Below, piece after piece: positions 51,448-59,989 of a stretch of 64,000 nucleotides of DNA (positions are counted from its first letter, which is position 1; every line of letters starts with the position of its first letter). The position numbers and the translations under genes were made by a program. Under the pieces are notes generated by a model. It was not told the DNA's origin, did no database searches, and saw nothing but the letters and a program-made list of their open reading frames with translations. This DNA is from a bacterium (GTDB lineage: Bacteria > Patescibacteriota > Dojkabacteria > JAKAPS01 > JAJZLI01): assembly GCA_021846685.1 (NCBI GenBank), contig JAJZWL010000004.1, positions 7,899 through 71,898 on the forward strand, written 5' to 3'.

Positions 51448-53082
51448 CTATTTGATACTTATTGTTTGTTCTATACTTAGATTTTGAATAAATTCTCTAT
51501 CATGAGAAACAACAAGTAAGGCTCCCCTGTACGATGAAATTGCAGTTTCTAGAGCATCAGTAGTTGTTATATCTAAATTATTTGTAGGCTCATCCAGTAT
51601 TATAATATTAGATTGATTTGCTACTATTCCTGCCAGTATAATTTTTGCTCTTTCTCCTCCACTCAATTTATATGCAGGAGTATATGTAATAGATTGTCTC
51701 TCAATATTGAATTTTACTAATAAATGCATTATTTCATTTTGTGGTATATTGGGGCATAAAGTTCTTAGATTGTCTAGTGCATTGGAGTTCATTAGCGGTA
51801 ATGATTGATTTTGATCAATATATCCTATACGTATGGAAGGGCTTAACCTTATTTGTCCTTCTTTAATAAATTTATTACTTCCAAGAACAGCATTAATAAT
51901 TGAAGTTTTGCCACTGCCATTATTACCAATTAATGCAATTCTTTCTTTTCCATATATATTAAAACTTATTGGCCCAATAGTTGATATAGAATTATTATGA
52001 GTATATTCAATAACTAAATTTTCAACACTAATTAATCTATTGCTAGAATCTAATTTTTCAGGCTCTGTAAATGTGAAATTAAGACTAATTGGTTCTTCAG
52101 GAGGATCTACTCTTTTCACTTGTTCAGATTTAGTTTTTAAAGAAGTTAACCTACTCGATATACTATTGCTAGCCTTTTCCTTACGAAAATTTGTATTTAA
52201 TTTATCATTGTCAGTTCTTGATCTGTTAGAACTTACTGATACAACATTACTATTCATCTTCTTTATTTGCTTTTCAATTTGTTTGCATTTTTTTACATAT
52301 TGATCGTGATGATGGGTGTCAGATTCGTACCTATTTTTTTTAGCCTCGACATATTCATCATATCCAAGAGTATATTCTTGAACACCATTATTTCCTCCAA
52401 GCAACTCAATTATTTTTTTTGATGCATTTCTCAAAAAACGTCTATCATGTGATACTAATACAAAACTTGCACTAGAGTGTTCTATATATGTTTCTAGTAC
52501 TATAATTCCTTCCTGGTCTAAATTATTAGTAGGTTCATCTAATAATAATAAATCATGTTTATCTGCAAAAATAGCAGCGAGCGCAATTTTAGTACGTTGT
52601 CCGCCTGAAATTTCTCCAAGACGAAGATTAGTATCAATTTCTCCCACACCAGCCTTTTTTAATGATTTTTTTAATCTCTGATGAAAATTATATACTTCTA
52701 GTTGAGTATATTTATCTTGAGCTTCTTGATAAATAAGTAGTACATTATCGTCCTCTTTTTCTGTAGATAGTTTATTACAAGCTTCCTCAAATTTATTTCT
52801 AGCTTCTTGTACCCCAGTGGTTTCTTCTATAAAATCATATACGGTATGGTCTAGCCAAGTACTAAAATCTTGTGGCATTAATCCAATTCGTAATCTCTCT
52901 GGATTAATAATTTCTCCACTTGTTGGTTGTATGTCTCCAACTAAAATTTTTAGTAATAAACTTTTTCCTACTCCGTTATCTCCAATCAATCCTATACGAT
53001 CTTTTGGATTAATATTAAAGTCTATATTAGAGAATATTTCTTTTCCATCAGTTTCATAACCGACCTCATGTACATTTAACAT
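51448..53082 (-). CDS. ABC-F family ATPase (ribosome-associated; possible antibiotic protection factor)
   Basis: Two ABC cassettes (GDNGVGKS/SGGQR/LDEPTNNLD and GNNGSGKT/LSGGER/LDEPTNNLD) joined by a helical linker; no TM segments. Confidence 0.92.
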   Translation of the reverse strand: MLNVHEVGYETDGKEIFSNIDFNINPKDRIGLIGDNGVGKSLLLKILVGDIQPTSGEIINPERLRIGLMPQDFSTWLDHTVYDFIEETTGVQEARNKFEEACNKLSTEKEDDNVLLIYQEAQDKYTQLEVYNFHQRLKKSLKKAGVGEIDTNLRLGEISGGQRTKIALAAIFADKHDLLLLDEPTNNLDQEGIIVLETYIEHSSASFVLVSHDRRFLRNASKKIIELLGGNNGVQEYTLGYDEYVEAKKNRYESDTHHHDQYVKKCKQIEKQIKKMNSNVVSVSSNRSRTDNDKLNTNFRKEKASNSISSRLTSLKTKSEQVKRVDPPEEPISLNFTFTEPEKLDSSNRLISVENLVIEYTHNNSISTIGPISFNIYGKERIALIGNNGSGKTSIINAVLGSNKFIKEGQIRLSPSIRIGYIDQNQSLPLMNSNALDNLRTLCPNIPQNEIMHLLVKFNIERQSITYTPAYKLSGGERAKIILAGIVANQSNIIILDEPTNNLDITTTDALETAISSYRGALLVVSHDREFIQNLSIEQTISIK

Positions 53083-53198
53083 AATGTCATAATTATATCA
53101 TATAATACGGTTAAATATCAGCGATTGTACGAGGTAAATAGTTTTAAAGCTTAGAAAGGAAGGTGTTTATATGGGATACTCATATTTTTTGATATTTA

Positions 53199-53310
53199 TA
53201 ATCCAGACTAAAAGCGGTTCGATCTGAGGCATCTTAAGGTCAATTAACAAGGTATCCCCTATGAAAACATCTCAAATGTATTGATATACTAGGAAACATG
53301 CGCGGTTCGA
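53199..53310 (+). repeat. Array repeat copy 1 (left arm, core, right arm)
   Basis: TAATCCAGACTAAAAGCGGTTCGATCTGAGGCATCTTAA GGTCAA TTAAC...AAACATCTCAAATGTATTGAT...GCGGTTCGA. Confidence 0.92.
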
Positions 53311-53384
53311 AATAGCAACATGACCAATACTTGCAATTAGTCGTATTATGTAGTATAGTCGAGTATAGTTAATTGTACTACATT

Positions 53385-54452
53385 ATGGATAATCACGGAA
53401 GATTTAATAAGAGACTAGAAAGCATTACATCAGATATATATCTAAAGATATCTAAAACCGATGAGCTCAAAGGTATGTGGATTGGAGGCATGAAATTAAG
53501 TCCTCAAACACTTGGTAGACTTAAACAGTCGGCCCTAATAACCTCAACAGGAGCTTCAACCAGAATTGAAGGATCAGGACTATCTGATGAAGAGATTGAG
53601 AAAGTTATTAAAGGCATAAAAATTCAAAATTTTAGAAATAGAGATGAGCAAGAAGTGAAAGGATACTTCGAGCTTCTAGAAAATGTATTTAATAATTTTA
53701 ATACTTTAACTTTCAATGAAAACTGTATTAAATCTTTTCACAATGAACTTCTAAAATATGTAGAAAAGGATCAATCACATAAAGGAGAATATAAAAATCT
53801 ACCTAACCATGTTGAGCTAATAGATGAACCTAATAATATTGTAGAGGTGATTTTTGAAACTACACCTCCATATTTAGTTTCTCACCAAATGCATTCTCTT
53901 GTAGAATGGACTCAAAATGCTTTACTCGCGAAGAAATATCACCCATTATTAGTGATTGGAAATTTTATTGTTGAATTTTTGAAGATTCATCCGTTTCAGG
54001 ATGGAAATGGTAGGTTATCAAGAATATTAACTAGTTTTTTATTATTAAAGGAGGGATATAAATATGCAGAATATAGCTCTCACGAAAAGTTGATAGAAGA
54101 AAATAAACAAGAATATTACCTCTCTTTGATGAAAAGTCAAAAAACTTTCAACAAAAAAATGGAAAATATTCTACCTTGGATGAATTTTTTTATAGATATT
54201 ATGATTAAGCAAGCTCAATATGCTGTTGATTTTGGATCAAATGATAACATAGAATCTTTACTTACTAAGATACAGTTGAAAGTTTGGGAATATATATCTA
54301 AAGTAGGGGAAGCAAGTCCTAAAGATATATCTCAAAACACTGATATAGGAAGGGATACGCTAAGGCAGGTATTAAATAAATTAATTAAGTTAAAGAAAGT
54401 TGAAAAATTGGGACAAGGAGTGGGAACTTACTATAGAATAATAAAAGATTGA
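53385..54452 (+). CDS. Fic family protein with C-terminal winged HTH
   Basis: HPFQDGNGRLSR catalytic motif; N-terminal STRIEG inhibitory-type motif. Confidence 0.95.
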   Translation: MDNHGRFNKRLESITSDIYLKISKTDELKGMWIGGMKLSPQTLGRLKQSALITSTGASTRIEGSGLSDEEIEKVIKGIKIQNFRNRDEQEVKGYFELLENVFNNFNTLTFNENCIKSFHNELLKYVEKDQSHKGEYKNLPNHVELIDEPNNIVEVIFETTPPYLVSHQMHSLVEWTQNALLAKKYHPLLVIGNFIVEFLKIHPFQDGNGRLSRILTSFLLLKEGYKYAEYSSHEKLIEENKQEYYLSLMKSQKTFNKKMENILPWMNFFIDIMIKQAQYAVDFGSNDNIESLLTKIQLKVWEYISKVGEASPKDISQNTDIGRDTLRQVLNKLIKLKKVEKLGQGVGTYYRIIKD

Positions 54453-54490
54453 AAAAATTCATCATTTTAAATATACTTTTATCAATTTAA

Positions 54491-54546
54491 TAATCCAAAC
54501 TAAAAGCGGTTCGATCTGAGGCACCTTAAGGTCAATTAACGCGACA
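54491..54546 (+). repeat. Array repeat copy 2
   Basis: TAATCCAAACTAAAAGCGGTTCGATCTGAGGCACCTTAA GGTCAA TTAACGCGACA; right arm truncated. Confidence 0.92.
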
Positions 54547-54817
54547 AATTCACTAAAATCATATATGACAATAAAAACAAATCGTATTTAATTCACATAG
54601 AGTATTTATAATTTCATGATTGTTTTACAATTATTTTTTAATACCATATATTGGTCAGACAAGACTTTTTGTATAAGTCCACATATATTTATTGTTGTCA
54701 AACCATCAAGATTGAGAATGAAAATTAACAAAAACAGGAGAGTTTTCTATAGTCTTTATTGGTATTCTCATATATGTAAGTTTCTCTGGTTTTATGGTAT
54801 AATTCAGATTAATAATT

Positions 54818-55873
54818 ATGGAAACACAAGAGTCATTAGTATATCATCAAAATGAATTAAAAATTTATGAACCCTCTGTTCTTCAAGATTTACAGATGAG
54901 GGTGTTAGATAGCCCGAGTGAGGATACTTCTGTTTGGTTTCCAATTCCTAGAGAAGGGGAGGTTTCTTATGAATCTAGAATTGATATAGATAGTATAGAT
55001 ATTACCACAGAATATGTCGATGCACTAAATAATTATTTAGATAGGGCATTAGATGATTTTACTGGATTTAGCAAACCTAAATGTGATGGTTTTGTTGTCG
55101 CACTGTCTGGTGGTTTAGATTCAGCAGTTTCAACAGAATTACTTAACAAATATTGTAAAGCCAAGGGGTGTAATTTAAAAATATTGGTAATGGGGGAAGG
55201 AGACCATAATGAATATATCGATAGATATTTAGGAACTCCTGCAGAATGGATAGATATCCAGTATGCAAAATTAATGTGTCAAGAAAATAATTTAGATTTT
55301 GAATATTTAGATATAACTAGAGACATTAAAGCATTAAGAGATAGATATACAAAAAAATGGGCTATAAGTGGACAATTACCAAGATTGAGAGCAAATCATT
55401 TATACGCAATGGCTGAGGAACATGATTTAATATCTGTTGGAACTACTAATGGATCAGAATACATTTTGGCTGCATTTTCTACAGGTGGTCCAGCCGGAAA
55501 TATTGCACCATTATTAGATTTATATAAAACTGAAGTATATGCCATAGCTCGTGATATTGGAATTCCTAAATATATTCAGGAGAGAATGCCTTTAATAAAT
55601 GAATTAAATCTACCAGACAATAGTTTTTATGGCAGAACAGTAGATTCAACTATTTTAGATCCAATAATTAGAAGACTATGGTTTCATAAACAAAACCCAA
55701 TTAAGGTAGCAAAAGAATTAGGTCATTCCGAAAGATGGGTTCGAGATATTGATGAAAAGAGAATAAAGGGAGAATCCTGCAGAAGAAATTACAAAGGTCT
55801 TTTAATTAATAGAGGTTTTCATTTTGAAGATTTATCCCCAGATTTGTTTGTTGATAGGTCATATTTTATATAG
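54818..55873 (+). CDS. NAD+ synthetase (NadE)-like adenylating amidoligase
   Basis: VVALSGGLDSAV PP-loop, RLR...LY, GT.N.SE and PLLDLYKTEVY.IA..IGIP motifs. Confidence 0.85.
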   Translation: METQESLVYHQNELKIYEPSVLQDLQMRVLDSPSEDTSVWFPIPREGEVSYESRIDIDSIDITTEYVDALNNYLDRALDDFTGFSKPKCDGFVVALSGGLDSAVSTELLNKYCKAKGCNLKILVMGEGDHNEYIDRYLGTPAEWIDIQYAKLMCQENNLDFEYLDITRDIKALRDRYTKKWAISGQLPRLRANHLYAMAEEHDLISVGTTNGSEYILAAFSTGGPAGNIAPLLDLYKTEVYAIARDIGIPKYIQERMPLINELNLPDNSFYGRTVDSTILDPIIRRLWFHKQNPIKVAKELGHSERWVRDIDEKRIKGESCRRNYKGLLINRGFHFEDLSPDLFVDRSYFI

Positions 55874-55879
55874 ATTATA

Positions 55880-56728
55880 ATGAAAATATCATTCTTCCAA
55901 TACTTACCAGAATTTAATAATTTACAAGAGAATATAGCAAATATAGTATCTTTAATTCAAAAGAATAAAGAAAATATACTTAAAACTGATATATTAGTTT
56001 TTCCAGAATATTCTTTTTCTGGACCATTAAATTTAGATAATTTTGAGAATTATAAAAAACAAATAACTGATATGTCAGTTATTTCTATTTTAGAGAAAAT
56101 ATCCAAAGAATTAAAAGGTGTTACCATAATATTTGGTTCAATGATTTTGCCCATGAAAAATAAAACATTCGCAAATACATCTATGGTATTTAAAAATGGT
56201 AAGATTGTTGGAACATATGACAAAAAAGCATTGATATACAATGAAAATTATATTTGTACTGCATCTAAAAAATACTTAAAGTTCAATGTGGGTAAATATA
56301 AAATTGGGTTAGCTATATGTTGGGATCTAATTCTTCCAGAAGTGTTTAGAAATTATGTAAATGAAATTGATCTTATTATAATTCCAAGTTTTTGGGGGAT
56401 AGGAGGTAATTTATTGCAATCAAAGTATAAGTTTTCATTAGAAAAAAAATATTATAGACAATTGTGTGTATCTAGAGCATATGAGAATGCATTTGCTTTA
56501 TTATTTGTAAATTCAGTAGGAGAATATAAATCTTCTTTTTATACAGATAGAATGATGGGCGGAAGTTTAGCTATTATGCCTCCGTTGGGTGAGGTATATT
56601 TTTCGAATGACAAGAATCCCAATAATATTCATATTATTGAAATGGATTTTAAATTTTTAAAAGAATATAGAGAATATTATGCAACTGATAAAGACTTTAA
56701 ATATTATAAATCTAAAAATATTTTCTAA
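55880..56728 (+). CDS. Carbon-nitrogen hydrolase (nitrilase/amidase superfamily)
   Basis: Catalytic triad: FPEY (E), YDK (K), ICWD (C); RAYEN motif. Confidence 0.92.
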   Translation: MKISFFQYLPEFNNLQENIANIVSLIQKNKENILKTDILVFPEYSFSGPLNLDNFENYKKQITDMSVISILEKISKELKGVTIIFGSMILPMKNKTFANTSMVFKNGKIVGTYDKKALIYNENYICTASKKYLKFNVGKYKIGLAICWDLILPEVFRNYVNEIDLIIIPSFWGIGGNLLQSKYKFSLEKKYYRQLCVSRAYENAFALLFVNSVGEYKSSFYTDRMMGGSLAIMPPLGEVYFSNDKNPNNIHIIEMDFKFLKEYREYYATDKDFKYYKSKNIF

Positions 56729-57790
56729 ATGGCTAAATATATTTTTTATAAACAAAAATTAATTGATAATATAAATATGCTAAAAGATGCTTATAAATCT
56801 AAAGGTATAAATTTTAAGATTTATTATTCAGTAAAAACCAATCCTTCTGATTGTGTTTTAGAAATTATTAACAATGAAAATTGTAATTTTGAAGTTGTAT
56901 CTTATGATGAATGGCTTTCAGTAAAAAAATATAATCCTACAACTTTAGTACTTAATGGACCTTCTAAAGATATAAAAATACTTAAAAATATATTTGACTG
57001 TAATGTGAAAGAGCTATATTTTAATATAGATAATGATACAGATTTTGACATTATAGATAGTATTGATAATATATATACCGATAAATTAAAACTTGGTGTA
57101 AGAGTATATCTTGATAAAACTGGCATATGGAATAGATTTGGATTTGATATTGATTCTCCTAGATTAGTTCAAATTATAAAAAAATATCGAGATAAGATTA
57201 ATGGTTTCCATTTTCATTTTTCAACAAACAATTTTAATTTTGAAAATTATCTTCAGATTATGACTAAAATAAATAATTTAATAGATAAATACCAATTAAA
57301 CTTAGAATATATAGATATTGGAGGAGGGTTTCCTGGTGCAAGTGAAGAGATGTATTCTAATATTATATACAATAAATTACCTGATTTAATAAAAACAATG
57401 ATGCCTGATAATATTACAATTATATCTGAGGTAGGTAGAAATCTAATTGAAGATACTTTTAATATGAAAACGAGTGTTATTTCTAAGAAGAAAATATCTG
57501 AAGACAAATTTGATATAGTTATTGATACAAATATACTACATTTTCCATGTTATTGGGAGAAAAAATTTGGTATTGACTATATAGTTAAAAATGCTAATAA
57601 AGATCAAAAGCCTATAAATATAAATATTTTTGGAAACTCTTGTATGCAAATTGATAAAATAGCAGATAATTTTTTGATAGCTTGTGAACCAAATATAAAT
57701 GATAATGTTATAATATCTAAAATAGGAGCATATTCTGTCTCGCAGGCTTCTAATTTTATTACAAAAATACCAAATATAGTAATTTCATAA
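56729..57790 (+). CDS. PLP-dependent fold-III decarboxylase (LysA/ODC family)
   Basis: YSVKTN (PLP lysine), EVVS..E, NGP.K, HFH, DIGGG, E.GR, G.SC...D and GAYS motifs. Confidence 0.9.
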   Translation: MAKYIFYKQKLIDNINMLKDAYKSKGINFKIYYSVKTNPSDCVLEIINNENCNFEVVSYDEWLSVKKYNPTTLVLNGPSKDIKILKNIFDCNVKELYFNIDNDTDFDIIDSIDNIYTDKLKLGVRVYLDKTGIWNRFGFDIDSPRLVQIIKKYRDKINGFHFHFSTNNFNFENYLQIMTKINNLIDKYQLNLEYIDIGGGFPGASEEMYSNIIYNKLPDLIKTMMPDNITIISEVGRNLIEDTFNMKTSVISKKKISEDKFDIVIDTNILHFPCYWEKKFGIDYIVKNANKDQKPININIFGNSCMQIDKIADNFLIACEPNINDNVIISKIGAYSVSQASNFITKIPNIVIS

Positions 57791-57799
57791 ATTAATAAA

Positions 57800-58879
57800 A
57801 TGTCAAATTTTTTAGTAACAGATATAAAAGTCATAGATAGTCCTCAGGCTGGAATAGGCGTAGCTAGGTGTTTAAAAACTTTGGGTCATAAAGTATATGG
57901 GATTGACGATACTCCATTTGTAACAAACTCAGATTTATTTGAAGCTGTTTTTGTTATAGAAGAGATTAGAACTCTTAATTTAGATAATTTAGTAAAAAAA
58001 TTAATTAATATAAAAAATTTATATCATATTGATTACATTATTCCTTGTTATGATGAAACATCAATCCTTCTTTCTTATATAAAAGATAAATTGAATTATA
58101 TTGGAATACAACTTATTGCTCCAGATATTGAAGTGATAAAGAGATTAAAAAAAGAAAATTTGGTAAATACATTTTCTGGTATTAATAATAAGCAATTATT
58201 GATACCAGAAACAAAAGTAATATCTTCTATTAAAGAAGCTGAAAATTATGCTATGCAAATTAATTATCCCCTTGTTGTTAAAGGAATGACTAAAGGTGTA
58301 AAAATTGTAGAAAATAGCACAGAATTGCCTAGTGCAATAAAATATATATGTAATATTTGGAATAATGGTGAAATTCATTGTATTATTCAAAAGTTTATAC
58401 AAGGGAAATCAATAAATGCATTATTATCCTATAAAGATGAAAGAATAGTTTCTTATTTAGAAATGGAAAAGATAGCATTAGATTCTAATGGTGCAACTTG
58501 GTTTGGGAAGCTCACTTCAGATAAAAATATATTTAATGTTATAGCTGATTTTTGCAAGTATATAAAATTAAATAATTCTATAATTGAAATAGAAACGATT
58601 TTAACAGAACAAGGAAAGTATTATGTTTATGAAATTAATTATAGACCACCGGCTTGGATCTATTCCCCAGCATTAAATGGACAAAATTTCTTAGATATAT
58701 TCTTAAATCCACAAAAAACAGTAATATTTAATAATATAAATGCCTTTTTTGGTAGAGAATCTAATGACTTTGTGAAACCTTTAGAAGATATCTCTCAATA
58801 TGAAGATTTACAATTTTATGCTAAAGGAGCTGCATATAAAAATGATAATCAAAAGTATCCTTCTGAAATTATGATTTGA
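57800..58879 (+). CDS. ATP-grasp ligase (carbamoyl-phosphate-synthase-like domain)
   Basis: IIP.YD, IPET, YPLVVK, IQKFI.G and YVYEIN.R motifs. Confidence 0.82.
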   Translation: MSNFLVTDIKVIDSPQAGIGVARCLKTLGHKVYGIDDTPFVTNSDLFEAVFVIEEIRTLNLDNLVKKLINIKNLYHIDYIIPCYDETSILLSYIKDKLNYIGIQLIAPDIEVIKRLKKENLVNTFSGINNKQLLIPETKVISSIKEAENYAMQINYPLVVKGMTKGVKIVENSTELPSAIKYICNIWNNGEIHCIIQKFIQGKSINALLSYKDERIVSYLEMEKIALDSNGATWFGKLTSDKNIFNVIADFCKYIKLNNSIIEIETILTEQGKYYVYEINYRPPAWIYSPALNGQNFLDIFLNPQKTVIFNNINAFFGRESNDFVKPLEDISQYEDLQFYAKGAAYKNDNQKYPSEIMI

Positions 58880-58942
58880 ATAAGAATATTAAATTAGTGT
58901 AATAATTGGTGGTTGATTGTCAAATATTTTTACTAATTTCAC

Positions 58943-59046
58943 AATCCAAACCAAAAGCGGTTCGATCTGAGGCACCTTAAGGTCAATTAACGCGACACCC
59001 TCTGTAGAAACATCTCGAATGTATTGATGGAACTTGCTTACAAGTG
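58943..59046 (+). repeat. Array repeat copy 3 (most complete copy)
   Basis: AATCCAAACCAAAAGCGGTTCGATCTGAGGCACCTTAA GGTCAA TTAACGCGACACCC...GAAACATCTCGAATGTATTGATGGAACTTGCTTACAAGTG. Confidence 0.93.
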
Positions 59047-59072
59047 AGATTTGAAATGCTAATGGAAAATTA

Positions 59073-59366
59073 TTAATTATAAACTTTTTTGTTTCCTGAG
59101 TGTCCACCTATGGTCAAAGCTATGATAGTAGTTCTGTTATCAAAAAAATCCCAAATAATCCGTAGATCTCCAGTTACTCTTGAACTATATCTTATACCAT
59201 AATTTCTTGTATTTACTTTATGTGTTTTTAGGTTACTAGAGAAAGGGTTTTCTGTAAGTATTATGATTTTTTGATCAATTATTTTTTTTAAATTTGTATT
59301 TCCTTTTACATATTTTCTATAAGATCTTTCAAATTCTTTTGTTATAGTAAAATCATATATTTTCAT
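59073..59366 (-). CDS. Type II toxin, RelE/YafQ-like mRNA interferase
   Basis: 97 aa, basic; F.RSY.K, NP....LKTH, SRVTGDLRII and IG.H motifs. Confidence 0.85.
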   Translation of the reverse strand: MKIYDFTITKEFERSYRKYVKGNTNLKKIIDQKIIILTENPFSSNLKTHKVNTRNYGIRYSSRVTGDLRIIWDFFDNRTTIIALTIGGHSGNKKVYN

Positions 59367-59372
59367 ATAGTC

Positions 59373-59663
59373 TTATTTACTTATTTTGTTAAGATGATCT
59401 TTGATCTGGCTTGTAGATTTCAATCTTGTTACTCTTCCTGTTTCAATATCATCTAATGCTCTTCCAATACTTTCTTCGGTTTCTAAGTCAACCATAGGAA
59501 TATCTTTATATAATGGTTTAATATCTTCAATTACTAGGTGCCTTACATATTCAGGAGTAGAGATGCCTAACTGTTCAAGTCTGATCTTTATTAATTCAAA
59601 TAAAGGTTGTGGAAATCCCACTTGTCTTACAACTGTATTTTGTGTTTGATTATTTTTACTCAT
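59373..59663 (-). CDS. Cognate antitoxin (RHH-like N-terminus)
   Basis: Directly upstream of the toxin; G+S..EYVR.LV..D and AL.DI..GR patterns; ATG 59663 is the likely start. Confidence 0.8.
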   Translation of the reverse strand: MSKNNQTQNTVVRQVGFPQPLFELIKIRLEQLGISTPEYVRHLVIEDIKPLYKDIPMVDLETEESIGRALDDIETGRVTRLKSTSQIKDHLNKISK

Positions 59664-59747
59664 AATTATATAAATGTATTGTAGCACATGTGTAACAAGC
59701 ATTCAACATACATCTATAACTATTTGTATATTTCTATTACTTTAGTG

Positions 59748-59833
59748 ATCCAAACTAAAAGCGGTTCGATCTGAGGCAACTTAAGGTCAATTAACTCGAT
59801 ATCACATGTTTGAAACGTTCCAAATATATTGAT
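59748..59833 (+). repeat. Array repeat copy 4
   Basis: ATCCAAACTAAAAGCGGTTCGATCTGAGGCAACTTAA GGTCAA TTAACTCGATA...GAAACGTTCCAAATATATTGAT. Confidence 0.92.
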
Positions 59834-59954
59834 GAAATCTTATTTTCATAGGTATATTCTGATATTTTTCTTTATTTTTACTAATTATCCTTATCAATTA
59901 TTGATGAAGAATTTAGAGTGTCATATCACTATCGTCAACCTGAATTCTCCGATA

Positions 59955-59983
59955 TTGACAATTATTGGATAATATATCATAAT
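59955..59983 (+). promoter_or_regulatory. Sigma70 promoter predicting a leaderless ATPase mRNA
   Basis: TTGACA, 17 nt, CATAAT, 6 nt, ATG 59990. Confidence 0.75.
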
Positions 59984-59989
59984 TAGTAC

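Noticed and set aside
53151-53183. uORF MSIPYKHLPF as an attenuation leader for the ABC-F gene
   Set aside because: An extended -10 (TGaTATAAT) sits 9 nt before the ABC-F ATG, downstream of this uORF, and I saw no attenuator hairpin.
54616-54855. 79-aa ORF as a precursor peptide for the enzyme operon
   Set aside because: It overlaps the NadE-like start and its predicted -10 box, and shows no leader/core pattern.
58889-59107. 72-aa minus-strand ORF
   Set aside because: It lies across repeat copy 3 and overlaps the toxin's end; most likely a chance ORF.
53199-59833. Repeats as extra tRNA genes or classical integron attC sites
   Set aside because: They contain GGTTCGA but cannot form a cloverleaf. 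I could not find the RYYYAAC...GTTRRRY boxes with a long internal palindrome, and no intI gene is present.
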